The notes below the pieces were generated by a model. It saw only the letters and a list, made by a program, of their open reading frames with translations, was not told the DNA's origin and searched no databases. DNA of 42,021 nt. Origin: Octopus bimaculoides. Taxonomy: Eukaryota. Position 1 is the first letter of the stretch, and the number at the start of each line of letters is the position of its first letter. Below, piece after piece: positions 22,867-34,475 of the stretch. The translations under genes were made by a program, and so were the position numbers. Location: positions 137,918,418 to 137,960,438 of the forward strand of contig NC_068981.1 of assembly GCF_001194135.2 (NCBI RefSeq), in the 5' to 3' direction.

Positions 22867-23226
22867 TATCAGGTCATCCCATAAGTTCTGTCCGAATTTT
22901 GAATAAATAAAACAAGTGATCAAATGTTATATTTAATTGAAATTTAATCATCAATGTACTTTCCCTGATTATCTATGACTTCCTTCCATCTATTTACAAG
23001 CTTTTTAATCCCATTAATGTAAAACTCTTTTGATTTCAAAGCGAAGAACTCTGAAATGTCAGTTTTGACCTCCTCCTGGCTTGCGAAAGTTATGTCCCCC
23101 AAATGATTCTGTAAACTACGAAACAAATGGTAGTTTGAAGGAGCAAGGTCGGGAGAATAAGGTGGATGAAGAATTTTTCCCAACCAAGCTCTTCGATCTT
23201 GTGTGATGTGATCTTTGCAGTGTGGG
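22867..23226 (-). mobile_element. Mariner (Tc1/mariner) transposon 3' fragment with TIR
   Basis: PHTAKITSHKIEELGW-ILHPPYSPDLAPSNYHLFRSLQNHL...FFALKSKEFYINGIKKLVNRWKEVIDNQGKYIDD*, ending in TA|TCAGGTCATCCCATAAGTTCTGTCCG at 22867. Confidence 0.92.
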
Positions 23227-23375
23227 GTACTTATTTAATCGACCCATAAAGGATGAAAGACAAAGTCCACCTCAGCGGAATTTGAAATCAGAACATAGAG
23301 GCAGACAGAGTACCGCTAAGAGTACCGCTAAGCGGCGTGCTAACGATTCTGCCAGATCGCTACCTTCTTCGCGAC
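23227..23375 (-). mobile_element. tRNA-derived SINE, partial
   Basis: Reverse complement of the 10200-type family (aaggatgaaag..aaagtccacctcagcggaatttgaa...cgtgctaacgattctgccag). Confidence 0.75.
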
Positions 23376-24275
23376 CATAATAATGACATGCCTTGTCTAA
23401 TGCAAGTCTGCATCAAGTCTGTCAACACAGTTTCTCATAAAGAATCTTGCAAATTTCTTTTTACTTGATTCTGTCATTAGACTGCAGCCATGTTGGGCCA
23501 ACATCTTGGAGAATTTTAGTCGAACGAATCGACCCCAGTACTTTTTAAAAGCCTGACACATTTGATCGGTCTCGTTTACGGGGAAGTAAACACACCGACA
23601 CCAGCATACACGCGCGCGCGCGCACACAAGCACGCACATACACGCATGCACACATACACCCTATATATATCCCCTCTCGTTCTGTTTCCTTCTGTTGTCC
23701 TTGCTTCTCCCCTTCACTGCTACACATATCTCTCTCTTACTCTTCCTCCCTGTCTCTCATCGCTCACCTTTGTTCCACTTCCTCCCTTTTTCTCTCTCTA
23801 CCACTCCTCGTTGATCACATGTGACCAGTGGTCACCTCTTCCTTTCTCCCTTCGGCCAGCGTAAAGGCAAGACGAACTATTGTCTCTCTCCGTTCAGGTT
23901 CGTCACTTCACAGCCTTCAATATCTCATCGCGTTCGGCCCAACAGCCTTTAATGTTGTTTTCACTGTTTAATTTTTCCTGTCTTGGTTTTTGTTTGCTAC
24001 CTTGGAACCCTCCGCTTAGCAGGTTAATCCACTAAGCGGGAAGAGCTATTCTAAGTGCGCGTTCTGCGTCATCTTCGAAACGCCTAGTTTAGATAGAGGC
24101 AGCTGATGAAGGAAAAGTTCCATAAGTGGCTTGTCTGTTTTCCTATGCGTTTTGTTTATGTTCCCGTTCCTTTTTTGACGTCCTGTACCCGAATATGCAT
24201 CTATATATACATGTAGATGTAGGTATGTACATATATGTATGTATACATTCATTTGCTCATATATAATTTGTATTA

Positions 24276-24330
<55 letters not shown>

Positions 24331-24346
24331 ATATATNNNNNNNNNN

Positions 24347-24391
<45 letters not shown>

Positions 24392-24399
24392 GAAGGACT

Positions 24400-24545
24400 T
24401 CTTTCAGTTTCTATCAAATCTACTCAAGTGTATCCTACAATAGTCCGATTTTATAATAGTAGAAGCCTGCTCAAGGCGTCACACAGAGGGACTGAACCTG
24501 AAACCAGGTGGTTGAGAATCTAGCTTCTTACCACACTTGCGCCCA
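24400..24545 (-). mobile_element. SINE 5' half (8459-type family), decayed
   Basis: tttcagtttctatcaaatctactca...gggactgaacctgaaacca..tggttgag...cttcttaccac. Confidence 0.6.
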
Positions 24546-25384
24546 TGTTGTCATGATAATTTGATAAATTCAATTTTATTAAGATATATATAAATGTAAA
24601 GATAAATACTAACACAAAATTGTAAGAGCATAATAGAAACTGAAATTGAGTTTGTAATTAATGTTTCACTAGATTTACAGCAGCAACTGCCAAAGCAACG
24701 AAAATATGTCGAGAAAAAATATATAGTGGCTGCATATGGAATAACATGGAGCTGTTGTATTCTTTAATTTTATCCAATGCTTCCATGAAGAAATAACTTT
24801 GAATAAATGAACACATTAATATTTTAAAATAAAAATAATGTTTGCATATTGTTTCTATAATCGGCTTGTTGGACATCAGAGGAATTAGGAATAGAACGTT
24901 TCAAGCAGTCATCGGTAAAACTAAAAATACATGTTTTCAACTAAAAATAAATGACCAAAGAGAAAGAGATGAAAATGAAAAAAATAAAAAGGAAAAATAT
25001 TTTTAGAAATATTAAAAAAAAACAAGTAGCAATTAGATGGTCAAATAAATTGAATTTAAAATGCGAAATTTAAAATATAAAAAGCAGTTCGACGAATATA
25101 TAGCTAGTAGTAAATATTTAAATAATCCTGGTCATGATTTAAACGTTATTCATGGTTTTCGAAATTAGAAACTGACAGAGATTTAATATCCTAATGCAAA
25201 CTTTACGCATGAGAAAATTATTTTACGTTTTTGTGCTTGTACTTGTTTTTGAAAGGCATATTTCCTCAAATTTTGGTGCTATTTACAGATTTACTAAAAT
25301 TCGCAATGGAAGTTGTTCTGCCAAACGATCATTCCTTTTTTTTTTGTGTGTGTGTTTGTGTGTTGTCCTTATCTTTCATTCATT

Positions 25385-25613
25385 TTTTTAATCTTTTACT
25401 TGTTTCAGTCATTAGATTGCGGCCATGCTGGGGCACCGCCTTGACGAATTTTAGTTGAACGAATCGCTCCAGGTACCTATATGTTTATATTTATAATTTT
25501 TTTTTCTAAACCTGGTACTTATTCATCAAGTCTCTTTTGCCGAACCACCAAGTTACGAGGATGTAAACATATCAACATCGGTTGTAAAACGGTGGTGGGG
25601 AACACACACATAC

Positions 25614-25646
<33 letters not shown>

Positions 25647-26285
25647 GTGTGTGCATGTACCCCGATTTCAGCATTTCATCCGCTAATTACTCCGGCAGGA
25701 GCTATTCGGATAGAATGGGGCATGCCAACGCTAGGCCGAAACAGCTGTAAGTTTATGTTTATTCTCAAATTCCTTATGTACTTTATTTGTTATTCCGGTT
25801 GTCAATATAACATGGTTTGTCATAAACACTTGTACTTTGTGGTTTTTTGTCACTTTAGCTACAAATTAAGTTAATTAATTCAACGGGATACACTGTCTGT
25901 AAGTCGTTGGGTACAGCATATTATCCTCCATTTTCCAATTGCTATATATATATATATATATATATGAAATAAGTGGAACAAGAACACACACGAAAACGAA
26001 AGTGTCGCTGAAGTGGTCACAGGTGTGTGACGAAAGATTTCTGGACAATGGACATGAGTTAAAATAATAAAATAAGAACAGTAATAAATGTGTGAAGAAA
26101 AATATATATAGTTCGTGTGTTTATTTGGCAAAAAAACTACCATCCCGAAATACAACAGTTACCGTCTACCAAATCCGCTCACAAAGCTTTGGTCGGCTCG
26201 AGGGTATAGTAAAAAAAAACATTTCCCCAAAGTTCCGCGCAGTAGGACTGAATTCGTATTGATGTGGTTCGGAAGCAAACTTGTT
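25385..26285 (-). mobile_element. 8459-type SINE split into a 3' half (25385-25620) and a 5' half (26150-26285) by about 530 bp of intervening sequence
   Basis: The halves correspond to consecutive parts of the 8459-8830 copy, and the break is at the internal microsatellite. Confidence 0.65.
25689..25752 (+). ncRNA. Degenerate hammerhead-like remnant
   Basis: It ends taggcc-GAA-ACAGCTGT-A-agt, with the same stem III palindrome and GUA triplet as 4534. The 5' core is disrupted (act-ccggcagga-gcta). Confidence 0.35.
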
Positions 26286-26309
26286 TATTTCTTTTAAATT
26301 GCCATAAAG

Positions 26310-26960
26310 GCATTACATAGAGGGGGACTCTACAACACATGTGTCCCTCTGTCCGTCCGTCTGTGTGTCCGTCTGTGTTCCTCTGTCCGTCTGCCTGTCT
26401 GTTCTCTCTTCACGGTCAAACGGCTGAGCCAATGGTCATGATGTTTTTTTTTCGGAGTTATGAATGAGGCAATCAGGAAGGTTTTTAGCGAAAAAATGTG
26501 AAAAAGTATGATTTCTTAGTGGATACTGAGTTTTATATTAATAAATCACCTATAATTATTTTGTTAAAATTCCGGCGACGAGGATTAACTCTGGATTCCA
26601 CCCCACGCCCCGTATAATTCGTCAATTTAGAGTGTTTAGATTTGCGATACTATCTCTTCATTTTCCATCGTACATGAGCAGATTTGCTACCTTACTATAA
26701 TGGGAGTTTATGTCCGTCTGTTTGTCCATCTGTCCGTCTCTTTGTCTGTTCCCTCTTCATGGCCAGACGGCAGGGCCAATGGTTACGATATTTTTCGGGA
26801 TTACAAAGACCGTCGTCAGGAAGGTTTTTAGCATTAAAAAATCAGAAAGTATTATCATTTCGTGGGTATCGATTTTTGAATGATACGTATTTTCTATTAA
26901 AAATTCACCGACCACAAGTAATTCTGGATTTTCACCGTATAGTTTGTTGCACCATCGTAG
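26310..26960 (+). mobile_element. Two tandem non-autonomous Helitron/Helentron-like units (DINE-1/Lep1-type architecture)
   Basis: Each unit has a (GTCC/GTCT)n tract followed by ctcttca(c/t)gg(t/c)ca(a/g)acggc...ccaatggt...tcaggaaggtttttagc. Units lie at about 26320-26600 and 26690-26940. Confidence 0.6.
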
Positions 26961-27062
26961 ATAAGAAGGGGGTCGTGAGGACTGTTAACAGCGAAAATAA
27001 AATGGAAGAAGTATGAGTAATTATACAGTGTGTGTAATTATTTTGTGGTTATTGAAGTGTGT

Positions 27063-27281
27063 CAGTCTCGAGCAGGATTCGAAACGGCTAATCGAAGCGG
27101 CTGTTGTTTACATCTCACTTTTGTCAATCAAAATAACTCATGGTGCCAGAACATCCAGACATTATTCGCATCGAACAGTGTAAATCTGGATGTTCTGGTG
27201 CCATGAGATATTTTGATTGACAAAACTGAGATGTAAACAACAGCCGCTTCGATTAGCCGTTTCGAATCCTGCTCGAGACTG
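27063..27281. mobile_element. Hairpin (foldback) MITE-like element with 97-bp arms and a 25-nt loop
   Basis: 27063-27159 is the reverse complement of 27185-27281 with 4 mismatches. The ends are CAG...CTG, with TA on the right flank only. Confidence 0.85.
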
Positions 27282-27299
27282 TAAGTCTTAGCTTGATTT

Positions 27300-27475
27300 T
27301 TTTGCAACCCTAAAATTCCGCTCGCGCATTCACAGCAAACAAGGTGTATTTTTCTCCCATTCCGATGTTTACACACGGCCAGTTATACGTTGCAATGAGT
27401 AGAGCAACGAGCTCCATTATTTGAAAATTACTGTCGACCAAACAGAAAATATCGTCTAGAGAAAATTTTGTAATC
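27300..27475 (+). pseudogene. Helitron Pif1-like helicase C-terminal remnant
   Basis: KQGVFFSHSDV / FTHGQLYVAMSRATS...TENIV* matches the Helitron motif VGxxLxxxVFSHGQLYVAxSR...TxNIVY. Confidence 0.75.
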
Positions 27476-28139
27476 ATACTGATATTATCGAAAGGAATAT
27501 GATTTATAATTTAAATAAGGAAATTTGTGAACCCTGAATGTATAAGAGTATAAACACGCGTAAAATACTGTAAACAACTAAAATAAAAGTATATCTAAGT
27601 AAACTTTTTTCTTAATACTTTTTATGTAGAAGTCGAAGGAAGCTCTGGCTTTCGTTAGGAGTGATCCACATAACCATTCATGATAAAGAGCCTGGGAACC
27701 AATTCGCGGGGCGCGCTAGCGGTTCTACCAACTCGCCGCTTTAAAAACAATAAGTGCTTTATAGCCTAAAAAGTTCGTAAGAAAATTTAAGATACAATGT
27801 AAGTTAATGGACATGGAGTGTACTATACATGCGGAGGTAGACATGGGGTGAGGACGTTATACAATAGACGGGCGGTTAAAAACTTGATAAAATAGAAACA
27901 GAAGAAATAGAAAACATAATACAATAATCAAAACAGAATATAACAGCAATAATAGCAAGAATAAAATAGGTTTACCTACTCGGGCAGGAGTGGAAACCTA
28001 CTTATTAGATCAAGTCAGAATACCCTAAATTTCTGCTCTTCTACTAGACATTGCATATTTCGTTGATATCCCCGAATTAGCTGTTGCCTTTGTTCATCTC
28101 AAAAAAAAGAAAGAAAGAAAAGAAAATGATCTCTTTTTC

Positions 28140-28950
28140 GAGAGGTTTTCACCAATATTCGATCCTCTACATACTTCAGGTTTTATTTCATCAGCTCCTG
28201 CTCCATCGGCTGGGTTGTCTTCAAGTCGTATAACAGCTTGTGTAGTTCCCTGTCATCGTCTCTGATAACTATGAAACTGCACCAGTCCCAGAGTTCGGGC
28301 TGTTGTCCCGGTAACCTGAAAGATTTGCTGGAAGGGTGTTTTACCTTTTTTAATTCTTTTTTTCACAGACACTAACCTTAATTGCTTTTCAGATTGCATT
28401 TGATGCCTATCCTCGCAAGTGGATGGGGTGGTACTGATAGGAGATAGAGACCGTCATTGTCTGCCTCTGAGACTAAATACGAGGTGGAATCCTCTGTCAG
28501 CTCAGGACTTGAAGAAAGTGCTTTGACATTGTTCGATTCTGAGAGCAAGCACGAAGCAAATTTTTTTGGCCATCCTTAGAAGTTGCAATTGATGATACAA
28601 CAGTCAATGCTTCTAAATGTTTCAGTCTCTCGATGTTGCTTAATCTTTTTCGCGTTTTCTCAGTTCAGAAAATCCTTAAATGAATCTTGTCATAAGTGAA
28701 ATAACTGGAATTTCTGACCTCAGGTACAATTAGCGACTGTTGCAAATGTGCTAGAAGTTTCTTACCTTACTTCTCTTTCCTCGGGCATCTCAAATGCATG
28801 TTGGTCTTTCTGTATTGAGAAAAGCACCTCAGTGTCTCTTCTCTTTGCTGAAAAGATTCTACTACCACACGATATTTCTGCACTTGAGAAATTTTGTATA
28901 AATTTGTCGTATACGGCAAAAATAGATTAATTTCCTGTCTGCTGAAGTTC
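28140..28950 (-). mobile_element. Decayed Ty3/Gypsy pol remnant (RT connection/RNase H region)
   Basis: Mixed minus frames give YDKFIQNFSS...RRDTEVLFS..QHAFE, KLLAHL...IVPEVRNSS, RKRLSNIERLKHLEALTVVSSI and RIPPRI. These are collinear with Gypsy YxKFIPNFS...AFEKLK...DASxYG...SRTLSxAERNYSQIEKEALAIV...PRLQRW. Confidence 0.5.
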
Positions 28951-29819
28951 ATATTTAAATATTTAGTTTAGTGTTTGGGTATGAGATTCTTTGATAGAAT
29001 TGCCTTTCTCTCCTTTGCTGCTCTGTATTAGTTGCCAACTATCCGGAGTCGGTTGCATACTTTTAGGGTGTTCTCTGTTATAGCTTCACAAGCATGATTT
29101 GTGTGTCACCTATTTTGAAAAGGCTAACATTTTCATGCAATAGTTTCATATGGATATAAAATGTCTAATCATATATTTTAGTTTCATTATTGAATGCTCT
29201 AGTTCTTTATTTTAAACCTCACCAAAAATACAAACACACATATACATTATACATGCAAACATACCTGCACTCATGCATACATGCATACATACATACATAC
29301 AGACAAAAAAACTGTAAAAATCTGTAAAACTTTCCAGAAGTTTATCATTTAAGTATATAGAAGCATGTCTAGATATGCAACTACATGCATGGGAATACAT
29401 ACATAAAACAAAACACACAAATTTGCATATATACATATACATATATACAAAAATACACTATTGATATTGTTGAAATTCCAATGAAGGAGCTTTGGATCTA
29501 GGTTAGAAACAGGCTCTTTCTCTATTGGCAAGAAATCTTGAAATAAAACTGAATAATGACATGCATACATAATATTTTAAGAAACAACAGAGGCAGAGGT
29601 TTGAGATCAGTACAGACATCCTTCTAACGTCGTATAGCATTTCTCAGACAGCACCTGCTAAACATCAGCTGCCTTACTGAAATGAATATCTCTTCAAAAA
29701 TTAAAGAAAAACAGGATAACTACGGACAACTGCTTCGAAACTATTAGCTTCTCTATCCATATTATGAATTCACATTCATACCAATAATAATTAGTGCATT
29801 TTTTTTCTTTTGTAAGTGA

Positions 29820-29960
29820 ATATTTTTTTGTGACAATCTGAAAAAACTAGGATTTTCAGAGAAAGAAATCAACCAGCAAACATGCACATCACAAATTCAA
29901 TCTGTAAGCGGAATGGTAATGCTAGGCAACACTTTTAAAAATTTCAACGTGTCAGATTGT
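29820..29960 (+). mobile_element. 3' end of an R4-like LINE, same family as 32460-33300 but in the opposite orientation
   Basis: NLKKLGFSEKEINQQTCTSQIQSVSGMVMLGNTFKNFN aligns with the minus strand of 32520-32630. Confidence 0.7.
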
Positions 29961-30086
29961 TTTGTTATATACATTCTGCAGACAGCTTTTTTTTGTTATT
30001 AGAAAGTAGATCCTTCTTTATAGAAAAAATTTAAATAATTCAGATCATAATACATACATACATACATGCATACATTCATACATACA

Positions 30087-30121
<35 letters not shown>

Positions 30122-30173
30122 TGTCTACCCAGTAGTTTGTNNNNNNNNNNTAACATCACATATAATAAATGTG

Positions 30174-30218
<45 letters not shown>

Positions 30219-30779
30219 GTCATTAGTTTTCATTAAAATGATAATGAGTTGTTTTTGTGTTGCATAATTATTTTTATATTGCATTATTTTATTACCTCTG
30301 CTAGATAATATATAACAGAAGTATTAAAATGTACTTTACTGAATAAAACTGATCTGAGTCAGATTTTTTTTATGAAGATTATTCATTCAGAAATATATAT
30401 TTATTTCTCTGACTTCCGCCGAGATCACACACTAATCTACATCCTTCATTGACTTTTGCCAAATAAATTCTTTCGGAATTATTTACTTCCTGTAGCCATA
30501 TTTCGATAGTTTTCATTTTGTATTAATCTCCCACTAATGCTAGTGCTTAACCTATCTGATCAACTTACCAAACGGCACACATCTATTTGAGGTTGTGGAA
30601 GTTAGTAGGCTTAAGTGCTACATATGTGGTATCAACAATCACTTATGAGTTTTCGGAGTGCAGTCGAAGCAAAACCAATGCTCCTCATTTCCCACAGTGG
30701 TCACACAAAAAACAACAACAATAGCAGGAACAATAACAGTAACAACAACATTGGATTAGATATTTCTGTTTGCACTAGA

Positions 30780-31050
30780 TCCTCCATACCGATGATTGTA
30801 GATCAATTCTTCTGAGGAAATATTCATATTTGAATGATACATCTCTCATTCATGTCGTCTCCGAGGACGGCTGCCAACAGCCACTAGATGTTTATCCATG
30901 GTGGCATATTCATCATCCTACATCATCACAGTTCGCTTGCCCATGTGAGATGAGCTGAAGATAAACTTCTCGTATTTTATAAGGTTCACAAAATAACTCC
31001 TCGCCTTGTTCCATAAAGTGAGCTTTTAGATCCACTTCTGATCTCTTTCA
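30780..31050 (-). mobile_element. Possible decayed RTE-like LINE 3' fragment
   Basis: Weak match: HLTWASE...GSRPRRRH, like RLxWAGH...GxRPRGRP. Confidence 0.3.
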
Positions 31051-31224
31051 ATATCTCTCAACGTATGTAACTGTCAGCCTTTCAACAAGTTTAAATTTTA
31101 CTCGTTTTAAGCTTGTGCACTTGTAGCGAGAGAGCATTTCATGTTTATAACACACAAACACACACGTACGCTTGCATGCGTGTATGTATGTATGTATGTA
31201 TGTATGTATGTATGTATGTATGTA

Positions 31225-31279
<55 letters not shown>

Positions 31280-32203
31280 ATGTATGTATAAAGCATGTAA
31301 ATGCGTTTTTTCTTCTACAAACACACTAGCCTCTTTCAAAGTATTTTCCTTGATTTTATCACACCTGATTGTTGACTGTTTCACTACAACTTGTATTATC
31401 CTGAAGATAATACTACCTATAGTCTCAGAAGTGGTAGTTGTGGAAGTGTTTCTAATAAGTATTTCATTAGACTTTTGTGTGACAATTTCTGCTTTTGCAG
31501 AGTTGGTTAAAAAGAAATTGCTTCTGTCAGGGCATGATTCAGTACTATTGAATTAAGGAAATATTCATTACTTATATAATCTCTCTTTGATAAGCAAAAG
31601 AAAAAACAAATATAGGCCTATTAACGTGAAGATCATTTAGATTTATATATTAGCTAACTTTAAAACTCGCCATACCTCTCAAAAGGAATCATTTGACTAA
31701 ACTAAACCTTTTCCTTCTATTTCTTCTAAAAGTATGTACTAGTTGTAACACAAATCAGTTATATAACTTGCAAATAGCAGTATATTATAACTGAATGTAT
31801 TTAGTCAGCGAAATTTAAGTCTCTTATGCAAATAACAATGTCGTTGAAAGATATAAGAGAGAGAGAGGGGGTGAGAGAGACGGCTTGAAGACAAGCATAC
31901 ATTGACCTCGGTCAGCTGCTCTTCTATTTTACACAGAAAGGGTGAAAGTCTTATACCACTGTTGTACATAGCATATAGAAGTTTATATAAATTATTTTTG
32001 GTATTTTATACTGGAATTGGGGAACAATAGTATCGTTGCTTGCAGGTTTCCAACAGTGTTAATAATTGGAACATTGCATTTAAGACAGCAAGAATGACAG
32101 AAGAGTGTGCACAGCGTGATACTGCATAGATATTGCAAAGGAATTTCATTTTTTTTGCTAACTCACTGATATACATTAGCAAAATATATACACAAAACAC
32201 ACA

Positions 32204-32283
<80 letters not shown>

Positions 32284-32459
32284 TGTGTGTGTGTTACACA
32301 TATATGAGGCTACAATGTTCGTACACCTTCTCTCGTTATTCCATTACATAATCTGGAGACTGAAACAAAGGACATATATTATATCCTGTAACATCACTAA
32401 AATTTGGCGTATGTATGTGTTTTTCTGTTTTTTAATTATTTAAATTCCTCCCCTGAGGA

Positions 32460-33062
32460 AGGAGCTAGTTTCTAATGCAGATACAAAGCACCATCGTTGG
32501 CATTGAGAATGAAAACTGTCACATTTTAAACTTCAGAAAAGTCTTGCTTACTTTTACTGTTCCACTTACACATTTGTGCTGTGCGTGTTAGTTGATTTCT
32601 TTTTCTGAAAATCCAAGCTTATCCAGATTGGCAGTTAGGCATTTAGTTACAAAACCAAATGCACTAATTATTATTGATATAAATGTATATTTGCAATCTG
32701 AATGTAGAAACTGGAGGTTTCGAAACATTGTTTATAGTTACCTTCTTTCTCTTTGATTTTCAAAGAGATATTTACATCGGCAGGACTACTGCCCTGTACG
32801 ACGGTACATGCTTTTTCTTGTCTATCCCAAACAACGATGTCAGGCCTGTTATCCTTACACTTCACAGATGTCTTGATGGAAATGTGCCTCTAGTATTTTT
32901 TGTGTTGAGGCTTGTATTTATGCCAGGGTAGTCTTTTTTCCGGGTATATATTGTTTTGCGACAACCCTCGTGCCACACACAGAGGTAGTAAGTACCTTAA
33001 TGACATTTAGGGGGCGGCTGTTAATCACACCAATAATGTCTTCCACAGAAATATGATATGTA

Positions 33063-33143
<81 letters not shown>

Positions 33144-33300
33144 ACATACACACATATATATCTATATATAAACAATCTTGAACACACATACACAGTGTAT
33201 ATGTTTTGCCAGTTCGTGGGCAGGCTGCTGTTATAGGCGTAAGAGAATATATTCTCATCAATTTGCCTGGTATTAGAACATCTGGAAGTCATAGACAAGC
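32460..33300 (-). mobile_element. R4/Dong-like LINE 3' region (zinc knuckle + REL endonuclease), interrupted by (CA)n
   Basis: EDIIGVINSRP...RVVAK, then KCKDNRPDIVVWDRQEKACTVVQGSSPADVNISLKIKEKEGNY (PD-x-D/E-x-K type nuclease), then NLDKLGFSEKEIN...VSGTVKVSKTFLKF. Confidence 0.85.
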
Positions 33301-33334
33301 GAGAAAACTCACACCAGGTCCCGTTACAAGAAGT

Positions 33335-33385
33335 ATGGACATCGATGTTTCGTCATCTTTTTGACTTGTTAATACTGCATACCCG
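33335..33385 (-). ncRNA. Degenerate hammerhead-like motif
   Basis: The minus strand reads gtatgcagta-TTAACAA-GTC-aaaaagat-GAC-GAA-ACATCGATGT-C-catact. Stem II, the palindromic stem III and the GUC triplet are intact; the core differs from CTGACGA by three transitions. Confidence 0.45.
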
Positions 33386-34269
33386 AAACGAGGCTATATA
33401 TAAGCTAAATCGCGCTTTATGACTATATGCAAAATGGCACAGAAAACTTTAAATATGAAAGAGAAGCAACCTGAGGGATATAAATAATATCGAATACACG
33501 TATAAAGGGTATGCGTTTTGCCAGATCGTGGCAGATCAACAAAACAAAAATATAAAACAACACAATAGAGTCTATTGATGTATGTATTTCCGGTTATTTC
33601 ATTACCTTCCACAGTAATGAAAGCATCGAAAGAGTTTGTGACAATTGAGCGAATGAGGTTTGTTTGGTCTACTAAACGTAATAACCAAATCTTTGACTCA
33701 AATCACTTCCTGCGGTTTTGAAAAAGGTAATGTAGAACTTGATACCATTCAAAGAGCGGAATGGTTATGCCGAAACGTCTTTTGGTCATATATCTACTTG
33801 AGCTGGAGTTACATATTGAACATATTTTCAGTGGGTGTTATTTGCACTGGTTCCAATACAACTTTTGATTGTTCGAAGGTATTAGGTTACTTTAGAATAT
33901 CATAGTATTAGTAGAAAATGTATTCTTTATTACTAGAATGATTCATCCATTGTCGTTATGATCAGTATCTAAAACTGGAAATATAGAATATGACTTAAAA
34001 TAAATATATAAAATAAAATCCTCATCGATTACTTTTCAGGCTATAAGATGCGAGAAAACTAGAGTTGGCCTGTGTCTTCTCGCAATTTATTTATTGGTTT
34101 CCACGCAAAGCATATCTTTCCATCGAATGGTTCTGTCTGAATCATTAATACCTTCATTTTTATGAATGCAAACCAGTTTATTACATGTTTTATGTTTTCC
34201 ATAAAGACTTTAAAATCAATAAATAATTAACAAATACTTGTTTATTGGATGCATTATATTATTACAAGG

Positions 34270-34475
34270 CCGAAGGCAGAGTTCTAGCAAAATCGTTAGA
34301 GCGTCAGAAAAATTGCTTTGCAATATTTGTTCATGCTCTTTACGTTTTGAGCTCAAATCCCGCTTAGGTGAAGTTTGCCCTTTATCCCTCTGGGGTTGCT
34401 GAAATGTTGTTCCAGCCATGTATTGGGGTAAATAGCATTGGATTATCTCCTCCCTCAAAATTCAGGCTTTGTATT
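34270..34475 (+). mobile_element. Decayed tRNA-derived SINE (10200-type family)
   Basis: aaggcagagttctagcaaaatcgttag...gagctcaaatcccg...ctctggggt...aaaattcaggctttgt. Confidence 0.7.

Noticed and set aside
23120-23160. Mariner third catalytic residue reads N (APSNYHLF), as in domesticated SETMAR
   Set aside because: A single G-to-A change in a truncated fossil explains it; no SET exon or long ORF is present.
24100-24135. CTGATGA-aGGAA-aag-TTCC possible hammerhead
   Set aside because: No GAAA, stem III or NUH follows the hairpin.
29860-29910. Apparent plus-strand exon (ttttcag|...|gtaagc), mirrored on the minus strand near 32570
   Set aside because: Both are the 3' end of the same R4-like LINE family.
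31113-31556. 147-aa plus ORF and an overlapping open minus frame of about 85 codons
   Set aside because: The first half is microsatellite; the remainder has no recognisable domain and only weak splice signals.
8459-34475. tRNA-like A/B boxes suggesting tRNA genes
   Set aside because: All are SINE heads followed by SINE bodies; none folds into a complete cloverleaf.
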